Notes under the pieces: model-generated
The model's database searches: none
What the model was told of the DNA's origin: nothing
The model's input: the letters and a program-made list of their open reading frames with translations, nothing else
Origin: an uncultured Gammaproteobacteria bacterium
Lineage (GTDB): Bacteria; Patescibacteriota; Microgenomatia; Levybacterales; GWA1-39-11
Direction of reading: 5' to 3'
NCBI GenBank assembly: GCA_964409875.1
Contig: CAYPEN010000004.1
Coordinates: forward strand, 107,784-171,783
Length of the DNA stretch: 64,000 nt
Made by a program: the position numbers and the translations under genes
Part shown: piece by piece, positions 1 to 9,385 of the stretch
Position numbering within the stretch: position 1 is the first letter of the stretch
Layout: each line of letters starts with the position of its first letter

Positions 1-9
1 TTTAAAAAG

Positions 10-1275
10 CTACCATTTCCAGACTACCATAACATCAGCAACATTTGATGGAAGCCTTCCGGTCATAATTGCGTCTCCTGTCAATTGGAAAAAAGGGAAA
101 CTGTCATTTCTGTCCAAGTAATCTTGTGCATTGATATTTTTTTCATTTACTTTACGTTGTGTTTCGCTATCGCAGAGTGCACCTGCAGCTTCCGAATTAT
201 CCCATCCATCCGAGTCAAAAAAAGAAAATATAGTATTGTTGGGGAGATTAAGTAAAGCGGAAAGAACAGCTTCTTGATTTCTTCCTCCTTTTCCATTCCC
301 ACCGGCCGTAACGGTTGTTTCTCCACCTGCAAGAAGCATTCCCTGTCCTTGTTGTTCATTCAAAAATTGCAGGGCTGCATCCTTGGCTTCTCCCTGAAAT
401 TTATCGCTTAGTATTCTTGTTTGAATACTGTTTTCCTCTGCCTTTGCTTTCATCGCGTTAAGAATAGTTAGGTTGGATAATACGATATGGTTTTTGACCT
501 TCTCAAAATACTTGTCATCATGAGGATTGTTGATAAATGTGTCAGGTGTAACATCGGGTATATTAAATTGCCTGACAAGCGCCATAGCATCATCAATTGT
601 GCTTTCAACTTTTACTGTGGGTCCAGATGCTATATATGTAATGTCATTTCCCGGAACATCCGAGTAAATAAGTGTTGCAACTGTAGCAGGGTACAAAATT
701 TGCGCAAATCCACCACCCTTCACATCTGATAAGTGTTGTCTTATTTTGTTCATTTCGATGATATTGGCACCCGATTTCAATAAAGCTTTTTCGATTTCAA
801 TTTTCTGTTCGATAGAAACTGTATGTGGATGTTCGAACATCGCACTTCCTCCACCACACACAACAACAAGGACCAAATCCTTATCGGTCATTTTTGAGAA
901 TCTATCCATTACATTGAAGGTGAAATCGACATTCTGCTGCGAAACAACAGGGTGTGTTCCTTCAGTAAACTTTATTGTTTTAAAATCTTCACCTTTTGTA
1001 TCAATTACATATCCCTCATTAAGTCGTTCGCCCAGAAGATCTTCCATAAGCTTGGAATTTTTTGCACTTCCTTTTCCGAATCCGACTAAGTAAACATGCT
1101 CAAAATTATTCAGATCATAGTTCTCATCAAGTATAGTAAGAACATTGTTTTGGAACTGTACTGTTTTTCTAAAATTTTCTTCAGGTTGAATTGAGGCAAG
1201 TCCTGTCTCGATTATTTCAAGCAGTGTTTTCCTTTGAGGTGTTATTGCAAGTTCATTATAGTTTTGTATTAGCAT
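10..1275 (-). CDS. Glycerate 2-kinase / hydroxypyruvate reductase-like (DUF4147 + MOFRL family)
   Basis: 421 aa; motifs GFGKGS, GGGSAM, LSDVKGG, SDVPG..IASGPT, GGETTV..GKGGRNQE, DSDGWD, TG...NVADV. Confidence 0.9.
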   Translation of the reverse strand: MLIQNYNELAITPQRKTLLEIIETGLASIQPEENFRKTVQFQNNVLTILDENYDLNNFEHVYLVGFGKGSAKNSKLMEDLLGERLNEGYVIDTKGEDFKTIKFTEGTHPVVSQQNVDFTFNVMDRFSKMTDKDLVLVVVCGGGSAMFEHPHTVSIEQKIEIEKALLKSGANIIEMNKIRQHLSDVKGGGFAQILYPATVATLIYSDVPGNDITYIASGPTVKVESTIDDAMALVRQFNIPDVTPDTFINNPHDDKYFEKVKNHIVLSNLTILNAMKAKAEENSIQTRILSDKFQGEAKDAALQFLNEQQGQGMLLAGGETTVTAGGNGKGGRNQEAVLSALLNLPNNTIFSFFDSDGWDNSEAAGALCDSETQRKVNEKNINAQDYLDRNDSFPFFQLTGDAIMTGRLPSNVADVMVVWKW

Positions 1276-1325
1276 ATGGGCAGTTATTAAAGTGTAGACA
1301 GTTTCAGCCCTCTTTACAAGTCTCG

Positions 1326-1354
1326 TTGAGAAATGAGGATTGCACTGATATAAT
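1326..1354 (+). promoter_or_regulatory. sigma70-type promoter for rny
   Basis: TTGAGA(1326-1331)-17 bp-TATAAT(1349-1354) with extended TG. Confidence 0.75.
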
Positions 1355-1457
1355 ATGTACTATCAAAGCGGTACTCGAGGATATGATTACCAAAGTTTTT
1401 AAAAAAACTTCCTTTTGCCTCGCCTACTTAAAGTAGGAACACCCGTTTTGTCCTAAA

Positions 1458-2615
1458 ATGGACGATAAAATAAATTACCGGAAAAAATTAGAAGAAATTG
1501 CACACATAACTTCAGAGGAAGCTAAAAGGCTTCTGATAGAGGAGCTTCAAAATGATCTCAAAGCCGAAATGGCAAAGGAGATAAAGGAAGCAGAAGCCGA
1601 GGCTAAAACGGCCGCTCATAAAAAAGCACAAGAGATTTTGGCAGATGCTATAAAGCACGGTGCTTTGGATTTTCTTCCCGAATATACCCTTTCAGTGGTC
1701 AAGATAGAAGATGAGGATATGAAAGGAAGAATTATTGGGAAAGAGGGAAGAAATATTCGTGCTTTTGAGAACGCAACGGGGGTTGATGTTGACCTTGAAG
1801 AAAGAGGTATTATTCGTCTTTCCAGTTTCGACCCTGTACGGCGTGAGGTTGCTCGACGAGCGTTGGAGCTTTTAATCCGCGACACCCGCATTCAGCCGGT
1901 GAGGATTGAAGAAGTCGTTGAGCAGCAGCGACGAGAAGTAAATAAAATTCTCTTTGAGGAAGGTGAAAAACTTGCTCATGCGGTTGACGCCTACAACATA
2001 CACCCTGACCTTATCCAAATGCTTGGGCGCTTCAAATTCAGAACTTCATTCGGCCAAAATCTTGTTGTTCATACACTTGAAGAGACGAAGATTGGAATGC
2101 AGATTGCTCATGAAATCGGTGCAAATGTTGAAACAGTAAAGCTTGGTTGTCTATTCCACGATATTGGAAAGATAGTAACTGAAAAAGAGGGAAGCCATGT
2201 AGATCTTGGTGTTGAGCTTCTCAATAAATACAAGATGCCACGTGAGATAGTCAATTGTGTAGCAGAGCATCATGAAGATAAGCCTTTCTCATCCATAGAA
2301 TCAATGATTGTCAGTACTGCTGATGCAATTTCAGGTGCAAGGCCTGGCGCACGGCACGAAGATCTTCAGGATTACATGAAGCGGCTGAGGGATATGGAAG
2401 AAATCGCAAAGCATTACGATGGTGTTGAGGATGCTTACGCATTTGAGGCTGGACGGGAAATAAGAGTTGTCGTAAATCCCGGAAAGCTCGATGATGTTGA
2501 GACTACGATTTTGGCTCGCAAGATTAAGGAAGAGATTGATAGGAAAGTTATTGTCCCAGGAGTAGTCCGTGTTACCGTTATCCGCGAATTCCGTGTCACA
2601 GAGCCTAAAGAATAA
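1458..2615 (+). CDS. rny: Ribonuclease Y (KH + HD domains), lacking the N-terminal membrane anchor
   Basis: MKGRIIGKEGRNIRAFE (KH), LFHDIGK (HD), ADAISGARPGAR, AGREIRV. Confidence 0.95.
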   Translation: MDDKINYRKKLEEIAHITSEEAKRLLIEELQNDLKAEMAKEIKEAEAEAKTAAHKKAQEILADAIKHGALDFLPEYTLSVVKIEDEDMKGRIIGKEGRNIRAFENATGVDVDLEERGIIRLSSFDPVRREVARRALELLIRDTRIQPVRIEEVVEQQRREVNKILFEEGEKLAHAVDAYNIHPDLIQMLGRFKFRTSFGQNLVVHTLEETKIGMQIAHEIGANVETVKLGCLFHDIGKIVTEKEGSHVDLGVELLNKYKMPREIVNCVAEHHEDKPFSSIESMIVSTADAISGARPGARHEDLQDYMKRLRDMEEIAKHYDGVEDAYAFEAGREIRVVVNPGKLDDVETTILARKIKEEIDRKVIVPGVVRVTVIREFRVTEPKE

Positions 2616-2693
2616 TTCTCCGATTTTAGTACTGAAACTATCCATAGTGATTGTTGGACATCCCCCCTATCGACCCTGAATAAAATCGAAGGG

Positions 2694-2722
2694 TTGACAA
2701 AGCCGTGCAGAGTTTGTATTGT
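2694..2722 (+). promoter_or_regulatory. sigma70-type promoter for HU gene
   Basis: TTGACA(2694-2699)-17 bp-TATTGT(2717-2722); SD-like AGGGGGTGA at 2744-2752. Confidence 0.7.
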
Positions 2723-2758
2723 TAAATCAACACAAATAAAAAAAGGGGGTGAAATCGC

Positions 2759-3037
2759 ATGTCCGTTACAAAGAAAGAGCTTATTGAGCTTGTCGCAAAA
2801 AAAGGTAATCTTACCAACAAAGCTGCAAAAGAATCTGTAAAAGTTTTTTTGAATGGAATTCGTGATTCACTCAAAAGGGGAGAGAAAGTTGTCATAACTG
2901 GATTTGGTACATTTTCCGTCAGGACCCGCAAGGCAAGAAAGGGACGAAATCCCAAGACCGGTGCAGCAATCACAATTTCAGCAAGAAAAGCACCGGGATT
3001 CACACCGGGTAAAAGTCTTAAAAAAGCAATCAAGTAA
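2759..3037 (+). CDS. hup: HU family DNA-binding protein
   Basis: 92 aa; GFGTFSV..RKARKGRNPKTG...PGFTPGKSLK. Confidence 0.96.
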   Translation: MSVTKKELIELVAKKGNLTNKAAKESVKVFLNGIRDSLKRGEKVVITGFGTFSVRTRKARKGRNPKTGAAITISARKAPGFTPGKSLKKAIK

Positions 3038-3177
3038 GTTCCACTTGGTTATGGTATGCGGAAGTTTTTAAAAAACTTCCTTAAAAGAGGAAGTGAACCT
3101 TGGCTCCACTCCCATTCGGTCGCTACGCTAGAGTGACGCTTGTAGAAAGTAGTAAGGAAAACAAGTACAATACGCTC

Positions 3178-4143
3178 ATGCAAAAAATTGTTTGTATTGT
3201 GGGGCCTACGGCTGTTGGCAAAACAGCTCTATCACTAGAAATTGCCCGCAAATTCAATGGTGCGCTTATAAGTGCCGACTCTGTCCAAGTTTTTAAAGGG
3301 CTGGATATCATTTCCGGGAAAGACATTCCGAAACGAACTACCTTTAACGTTCTGCCTGAATTATCAAAAAATGGATTTCACACAGGCTACTATTCTCATC
3401 ACAATATCCCTATTTTTCTACTGGATGTTGTAGGTCCTACCTCTTCATTTTCCGTTTCTCACTTTCATAAATTAGCATCAGAGGTGATTCAATATATTAA
3501 AGAAAATGATAAGTTGCCAATTGTAGTTGGCGGAACCGGTTTGTATATAGATTCTCTTTTAAATCAAATTGGAACCTCAGAAATCGAACCCAATTTGGAA
3601 TTGAGAAAAAAACTTGAACAGTTACCCGTTTCTTCCCTAAGGGATAAGTTAAAAAAAAATAATGAAAAAAAATTTAACTCAATGAATGAATCCGATGCCA
3701 ATAATCCTAGAAGATTGATAAGAGCAATAGAAATAGCGGGTAAAAGCAAATTTACGCTTAGCAATAATAAAAACCCTTATGAAAGTTTAGCTATTGGTTT
3801 AATGTGTGATCGAGCAGTTCTAAAACAAAGAATAGATGCAAGAGTACAAGACAGATTGGAAAATGGCGCTTTGAATGAGGCGAAAAAACTTTTTGAAAAT
3901 TATGAAAATCTAACCCAGCAGGTGCAGGATGCGAATGGCTACAAGCAGTTGTTTGCATATCTTAAAAACGAAATTAGTTGGGACGAAGCAATTTATAGAT
4001 GGAAAATTTCGGAGTACCGTCATGCAAAAAACCAGATGACGTGGTTTAAAAAATATGGAAATGTAGCGTGGTTTGATATTACAAAAAAAGGTTATAACAA
4101 AGAAATAGAAGAAGAAGTAAATAAATTTATCATAGGTAAATAG
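3178..4143 (+). CDS. miaA: tRNA dimethylallyltransferase
   Basis: GPTAVGKT, ISADSVQV, VGGTGLY, NPRRLIRAIE, AKNQMTWF; start moved to ATG 3178 (TACAAT 6 nt upstream). Confidence 0.95.
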   Translation: MQKIVCIVGPTAVGKTALSLEIARKFNGALISADSVQVFKGLDIISGKDIPKRTTFNVLPELSKNGFHTGYYSHHNIPIFLLDVVGPTSSFSVSHFHKLASEVIQYIKENDKLPIVVGGTGLYIDSLLNQIGTSEIEPNLELRKKLEQLPVSSLRDKLKKNNEKKFNSMNESDANNPRRLIRAIEIAGKSKFTLSNNKNPYESLAIGLMCDRAVLKQRIDARVQDRLENGALNEAKKLFENYENLTQQVQDANGYKQLFAYLKNEISWDEAIYRWKISEYRHAKNQMTWFKKYGNVAWFDITKKGYNKEIEEEVNKFIIGK

Positions 4144-4165
4144 TTTTGCTATCTTTATAAATAAA

Positions 4166-4532
4166 CCTTAGGAAGATAGTAAGCCAGATTCTGTTTCTGC
4201 GAAGCATAGTCTGTCTTTGGTCTCCTTTCGGAGCCCTAAGCCATTTCTGTTTCAAACTGTCATCTATCTAGTGCTCTCAAACCTCGGTGTATTAGATAAC
4301 GCGTCACACCGATCGGAGATTGCAGCAGGTGGGATTGCCCGTTTCACTCTCACTCGTCTCTGTTGCTCTCAGGTTTTGTTAATTCAAAACCTGTCTGGAT
4401 TTGCACATGTGAGTAAACAAATCCATCACCAGCGCTTTCACGTCGGAACTTACGTTCCATCCCCGGCGTTAAACCTGTCTGGACTTTCCTCCATCCCGCT
4501 GAGCGGGACAGCGACAGTTCTTCTTCCTAAGG
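4166..4532 (-). ncRNA. rnpB: RNase P RNA
   Basis: Minus strand has GAGGAAAGUCC (CR-I) and AACAGAAUCUGGCUUA (CR-V) forming P4; P1 ends CCTTAGGAAGA(4166-4176)/TCTTCCTAAGG(4522-4532); P2 AACUGUC/GACAGUU; TGGTATAAT 7 nt upstream. Confidence 0.93.
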
Positions 4533-4622
4533 CATGGTTATTATACCATTGTAAGGAAGTATAAACAACCTATAGTAGATTAGTAGAAATGGAGTAGGAC
4601 AATTTTTACATTACAAAAAGCG

Positions 4623-7577
4623 TTAAGAAGCAACGCTGCATAACATCTTATATTCACAAGCTCCACAAAGAATATTTTTGTTGCAGGCAAAGTTACTCAT
4701 TTCAATTTCTTCCACCTTTTTCATGATTCGTTCTTCTAGCCCTGAAAGATCATCTTGAGTTACTGTTTCAGTCCATTTTTCGCCGGATTCTATATAAAAA
4801 AGGGTAAGTTTTATTTTACTCAAATCCTTTTTAAATACAGGATTATTTATTTTTGTTGCCGCAAGGGCATAAAGACATAGTTGAAATTTGTAGGACGATT
4901 TTTGATTGGAATTTATAGCGCCTGTTTTGTAATCCATTATTTCAATGCTTCCATCCGGTAGAGCATCTACTCTATCCATAGTACCGATTACTCTTATTCC
5001 ATTTTTGAGATGGAAAGTAAATGGTAATTCTATTTCGAGCGGCACATGCTTTGGATCAAAATGTTTCTTGAAGTAATCCTTCAAAATTTTTTCCGCACGT
5101 CTTCGAGCTTCTTTTTCATGCCCTTTATCATGATATCCTTCAGATGACCAACTCTCATCTAGCAGTTTCAATAAATCTTCAACAGATAGTTTTGCATTTT
5201 TCTTTGTATTGTTCTTTTGCACAAGTTTATAAAAATTACTTAATGTTTTATGAAGAGTAATTCCAAATATCTGTGCGCTCGAAGGAGCTGTAGGGATACC
5301 TAATATATATCTGGCTTTATAATGCAGTGGGCAAATATCAAATGCCTGCATTTGAGAATATGATATCGACTTAATACTAGGTCTTATAGCTGACTCCGAG
5401 ATTTCTTCCGTCTTTTTAAATTCCTCTGCAAGTTCCAATAAAGTGAGTTGATGGGATGGTGCTTCTTCAGGTGATTTGATAACTAAATTCGGTAATGCTT
5501 CAAATACAAATGGTGACAGTTTTTTCTCCCGTTTTCCTTCTCCATAAAATTTTGCTCCAGTAATAAAGAGTCTGTCTTTCGCTCTCGTCATTGCTACGTA
5601 GAAAAGTCGGCGTTCCTCCTGCAGATGATAATTTGGAGGTATAATATCAATTTCGTTTTTTTCTGTTTTTGTCTTAAGTGCACTCTCTGTTTTTAAAAGT
5701 TGTGTTGGCACTGGAATTTTTTCCCGGCGTTCACGGCCTGGAAATCGGTCATTTACAACATTTACAATAAAAACAACAGGAAACTCTAGTCCTTTACTTG
5801 AATGGACAGTTAAGATATTGACTGCATTAAAATCCTTCACATCTATGTCCGATACAGTTGGGCTTTCACCTATTTGTGACATAAGATCAATCCATTCAAC
5901 AACTGCATACACTCCTGCATTCTCTTCTTGGTATTCAAAAGTTTTTAGTCTATCAAAAAACTTTGCAATATTTAATGCTTTTCTTTCATCTTTTTGGGTA
6001 TGAAAGTTGAGAAGTTTTTGATAGAGTCCTGTGTCTTCTAAAAAATAATAGAGTATTTGTCCTGCAGAATTTCTCTTAATAAGTTCCAAGTGCCCTACAA
6101 TTGTTTTATAAATCATTTTTATTGTCTCTTTTGCTTTTTCCGATACATACGTTTCATCCATAAAGCTAAGTGCTTCAAAAAGAGTCAAATTTTTTCGTTT
6201 GGAAAGGTTGAGAAGATAATTTAAATCCCGCTCGGCAATATCGAATTCATCGATTGATAATACTCTGAAAAGTGAAACGGTATCTGTAAGATCTGCAAGT
6301 ACCTTTAGATACGCAATCAAATCCTTCACTTCATCTTGATGAAAAAGCTGACCCGGACCCAAGAACTGAAATGGAATCCTTCTCCTTTGAAGGTATGAGG
6401 AAATTGGGTGAGCATGGTTGTTGGCCCTTACTAATATGGCAATATCCCGATATGTGTATTCTTTGCTGTCGACTAACTCTTCAATTTTTTGGCCAATTCT
6501 CTCAGCTTCTTCATCAAGTCTATTCTCAAAAAAAACTTCTATCGGTTTTCTTTTGATATTCCTTTGTGATGTTAGTTTTTTTGAAATATTTTCAGCAATT
6601 TCAAGCCTGTTAGGATTGTTATGTTGAATCATTTCATAGGAACTATCAAGAATTGCTTGAGTAGAGCGATAATTTTTTGTCAGCGTTATAATTTTTGCTT
6701 TATCAAAATTTTGTTTGAATTGCATGACATTGGATAGAGCAGCACCTCGCCATCGGTAGATAGCTTGATCATCGTCAGCAACAACAGTTATATTCTTCTT
6801 ATCTCCTGCTAGCATAATTGCTAATTCATTTTGTGCATAGTTGGTATCCTGAAATTCATCAACCAAAATGAATTTAAATTTATTCTGGTATTTTTCAAGG
6901 ATATTGGGACGGGTTCTAAAAAGCAAAAGCGTATTTGTTATGAGATCGGAAAAATTCATAACACCCTCAACTGTTTTTATTTTTTCAAATTCAGCATATG
7001 TAAGAGACAATTCCTTTAATTGTTCATGTGACAAAACTTCATCATCAACGCTTGCTCCGTCTTTTAGTGAACTCACAAATTTTTTATATTCTTCAGGCGT
7101 TATATCTTCATCTTTCAGACGTGAGAAATGATTAAGAAGCGCCTCCATAAATTTAGTAGGATTGCCGAGGGGGCGATAATAATTGAGATTTAATTTGAAA
7201 AGACTATTTCTTAAAAGTAAAATACTTTCAGCTTCTGATACGAGTCGATATGACGGTGTAAGCCCAATATTAAGAGCTTCTTGTTTTAATATCGTATCGC
7301 AAAAAGAATGAAATGTTGATATCCACATTTCCGTATAACCATAAGGCATTAATTTATCAACTCTTTCTTCCATCTCTTTTGCCGCTTTTTCTGTGAAGGT
7401 GAGCGCCAAAATTTCGTCAGGCTTAATACCTTTTTGTGTAATGAGAAAACGTATTCTTTCGGTAATAACAGTCGTTTTACCCGTTCCCGCACCTGCTACG
7501 ATTAAAAGGGGGCCTTGCCCATGTTCTACTGCTAATTTTTGTTCCGGATTTAATTTTCTGTCCAAATGTGCCATCAT
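4623..7577 (-). CDS. UvrD/PcrA-type SF1 helicase fused to a C-terminal PD-(D/E)XK RecB-family nuclease with a 4-Cys motif
   Basis: GAGTGKT, LVDEFQD, DDDQAIYRWRGA, NYRS, TVHSSKGLEF, EERRLFYVAMTRA; C-terminal CPLHY, MDRVD..MDYKTG..QLCLYALA, CGACEYKMLC. Confidence 0.92.
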   Translation of the reverse strand: MMAHLDRKLNPEQKLAVEHGQGPLLIVAGAGTGKTTVITERIRFLITQKGIKPDEILALTFTEKAAKEMEERVDKLMPYGYTEMWISTFHSFCDTILKQEALNIGLTPSYRLVSEAESILLLRNSLFKLNLNYYRPLGNPTKFMEALLNHFSRLKDEDITPEEYKKFVSSLKDGASVDDEVLSHEQLKELSLTYAEFEKIKTVEGVMNFSDLITNTLLLFRTRPNILEKYQNKFKFILVDEFQDTNYAQNELAIMLAGDKKNITVVADDDQAIYRWRGAALSNVMQFKQNFDKAKIITLTKNYRSTQAILDSSYEMIQHNNPNRLEIAENISKKLTSQRNIKRKPIEVFFENRLDEEAERIGQKIEELVDSKEYTYRDIAILVRANNHAHPISSYLQRRRIPFQFLGPGQLFHQDEVKDLIAYLKVLADLTDTVSLFRVLSIDEFDIAERDLNYLLNLSKRKNLTLFEALSFMDETYVSEKAKETIKMIYKTIVGHLELIKRNSAGQILYYFLEDTGLYQKLLNFHTQKDERKALNIAKFFDRLKTFEYQEENAGVYAVVEWIDLMSQIGESPTVSDIDVKDFNAVNILTVHSSKGLEFPVVFIVNVVNDRFPGRERREKIPVPTQLLKTESALKTKTEKNEIDIIPPNYHLQEERRLFYVAMTRAKDRLFITGAKFYGEGKREKKLSPFVFEALPNLVIKSPEEAPSHQLTLLELAEEFKKTEEISESAIRPSIKSISYSQMQAFDICPLHYKARYILGIPTAPSSAQIFGITLHKTLSNFYKLVQKNNTKKNAKLSVEDLLKLLDESWSSEGYHDKGHEKEARRRAEKILKDYFKKHFDPKHVPLEIELPFTFHLKNGIRVIGTMDRVDALPDGSIEIMDYKTGAINSNQKSSYKFQLCLYALAATKINNPVFKKDLSKIKLTLFYIESGEKWTETVTQDDLSGLEERIMKKVEEIEMSNFACNKNILCGACEYKMLCSVAS

Positions 7578-7630
7578 TGTACCATATTTTAAGCTTGAAA
7601 TTTGAGCTCAAATAGTGTTTAATTAGTATC

Positions 7631-8368
7631 ATGTCCGACAATGAAACTCCATTTTTTCTTCCCTTCGACCATAAAGAACAACTAACAAAAGACACTTATA
7701 CTTTTTATTTCAAAAGAAACGGCCAGGAACGTGATTTTGTTCCGGGACAATATTATGAAATCAAACTTGATATTAAAAATCCTGACGAGCGGGGAGATAG
7801 TAGGGTGTTTACGATTTCATCCTCACCTACTAATACTGAATTTATTACCATTACAACGCGTATTATCCAAAGCAGTTTTAAGCTCCGATTAAACGAAATA
7901 CAACCAGCAGAAATGGTTCAGTTTAATGGACCATGGGATGATTTAAATTTTGATGAGAAAGATACGTCTCCGCATGTTTTTCTTGCAGGTGGAATTGGGA
8001 TTACACCATACCATTCGATTGTCAGTTATTGTATGGACAAAAATATTAAGACACCTATGATTTTGTTTGTCAGTTGGAAAAATAGGGACGAGATGGTGTT
8101 TGATGAATTTTTCAGAAATGCCAACAACCATCATGAAAATTTCTCATACGTTCCAACATTAACAGAGGAAGAGCTAAATCCAGGAGAATGGGATGGGGAG
8201 ATGGGAAGAATAAATTCAGAGATGATAGCAAAATATGTTTCTGATATTGCTAACAGCAAGTATTTCTTCTCAGGGCCTCCTGCAATGGTAAAAGCCTTGA
8301 AAGAAACAGTTGAGGAAATGGGTGTTCCGAAAGAAAAAATCATCGCTGAAGAGTTTGAAGGATACTAA
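7631..8368 (+). CDS. FAD/NAD(P)-binding ferredoxin-reductase-like oxidoreductase
   Basis: FVPGQY, RVFTISSSP, LAGGIGITP, SGPPAMV, EEFEGY. Confidence 0.9.
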   Translation: MSDNETPFFLPFDHKEQLTKDTYTFYFKRNGQERDFVPGQYYEIKLDIKNPDERGDSRVFTISSSPTNTEFITITTRIIQSSFKLRLNEIQPAEMVQFNGPWDDLNFDEKDTSPHVFLAGGIGITPYHSIVSYCMDKNIKTPMILFVSWKNRDEMVFDEFFRNANNHHENFSYVPTLTEEELNPGEWDGEMGRINSEMIAKYVSDIANSKYFFSGPPAMVKALKETVEEMGVPKEKIIAEEFEGY

Positions 8369-9351
8369 ATAAGTTTTTTTGTTTCAGAATCGTCAGCTGC
8401 TCCCAAAGTGTTTGTTGTTTCTATTTGTTGCCCGAGTTTTGAAAATCCTTGATTAACTTGCGCCATCATATTGTACGAGTTATTTATGTGTCGTTGAAGG
8501 GTATCTAGAGTTTCACCTACTTTTGCATACTCTTTTTGAATAGAACGAAGGTTTGACAAAATTTTATGCGCTTGTTGGGAGATTTTTTGCCCTTCAAATC
8601 CAATCAGAATTGAGCGTAAAAATGCATAAAAAGTCATAGGACTGACCGGCAATACGCGTTTTTTTGACGAGTAATCATAAAGAGCTGGGTTATTTACAAT
8701 TTCGTAGTATACAGATTCTGATGGAATATACATAAGAGCAAAATCTATAGTTCCTTCGTGCGTTAAAATATACTTTGAAGAAATTGCGTCGATATGCTTT
8801 TTGACATCATTCACAAATTCTTTTTCAACCAGTTTTTTTTCTTTTTCTTCAATATCGGAATTTAATTTTCTGAAATTTTCCATAGGAAATTTACTGTCAA
8901 TTGGTATAATTCCCGCTTCGGTCTTGATGGCAGCATCGACAATGCTTCCCGATTTGAAAGTGTATTGTAAATGAAAACTTTGTTTTGGTAGCATTTGGGA
9001 GAGAAGTTCTTTTAGGACTTGTTCTCCGATATTTCCCCTCAATTTTGGGGATTGCAAAAATTCTTGAAGACTCTTCATATTGCGTCCAATTTCAGACATT
9101 TCTCCAATATTTTTCTGGACACCTGAAATAACTTCTGCTGCTTTATCCAACCGTTGGTTGAGTTGATGGGTATTTTCTTGGAGTGTGCGGTTGACAGTTT
9201 GGTTATTCATTTCTAATGTCTTTTGCATGGATTTCAACCATTCAACAAGAGTAGCATCTGAATTTGAGTTGTGTTTGCGATTGATAAAAAAGATGACAAG
9301 CCCAAAACCGAGGACAATAAGGATTGATATTACGAGCAGGTCAATATTCAC
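8365..9351 (-). CDS. rmuC: DNA recombination protein RmuC
   Basis: N-terminal TM, coiled coil, KLRGNIGE, IDSKFP, FALMYIPSE, VSP; GTG start at 9351 preferred over 9381. Confidence 0.92.
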   Translation of the reverse strand: MNIDLLVISILIVLGFGLVIFFINRKHNSNSDATLVEWLKSMQKTLEMNNQTVNRTLQENTHQLNQRLDKAAEVISGVQKNIGEMSEIGRNMKSLQEFLQSPKLRGNIGEQVLKELLSQMLPKQSFHLQYTFKSGSIVDAAIKTEAGIIPIDSKFPMENFRKLNSDIEEKEKKLVEKEFVNDVKKHIDAISSKYILTHEGTIDFALMYIPSESVYYEIVNNPALYDYSSKKRVLPVSPMTFYAFLRSILIGFEGQKISQQAHKILSNLRSIQKEYAKVGETLDTLQRHINNSYNMMAQVNQGFSKLGQQIETTNTLGAADDSETKKLI

Positions 9352-9385
9352 GTTGAGCAATATTTTATCATATAATATCAATCGT

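Noticed and set aside
2661-2752. CCCCCT anti-SD able to pair with the HU RBS
   Set aside because: Only 6 bp, and upstream of the HU promoter, so relevant only to read-through RNA; too weak to claim.
4217-4564. 115-aa plus-strand ORF
   Set aside because: It is the antisense of the RNase P RNA and has no protein motifs.
4623-5400. Cas4-like nuclease suggesting CRISPR adaptation
   Set aside because: It is the fused C-terminal domain of a UvrD helicase; no cas1/cas2 or array nearby.
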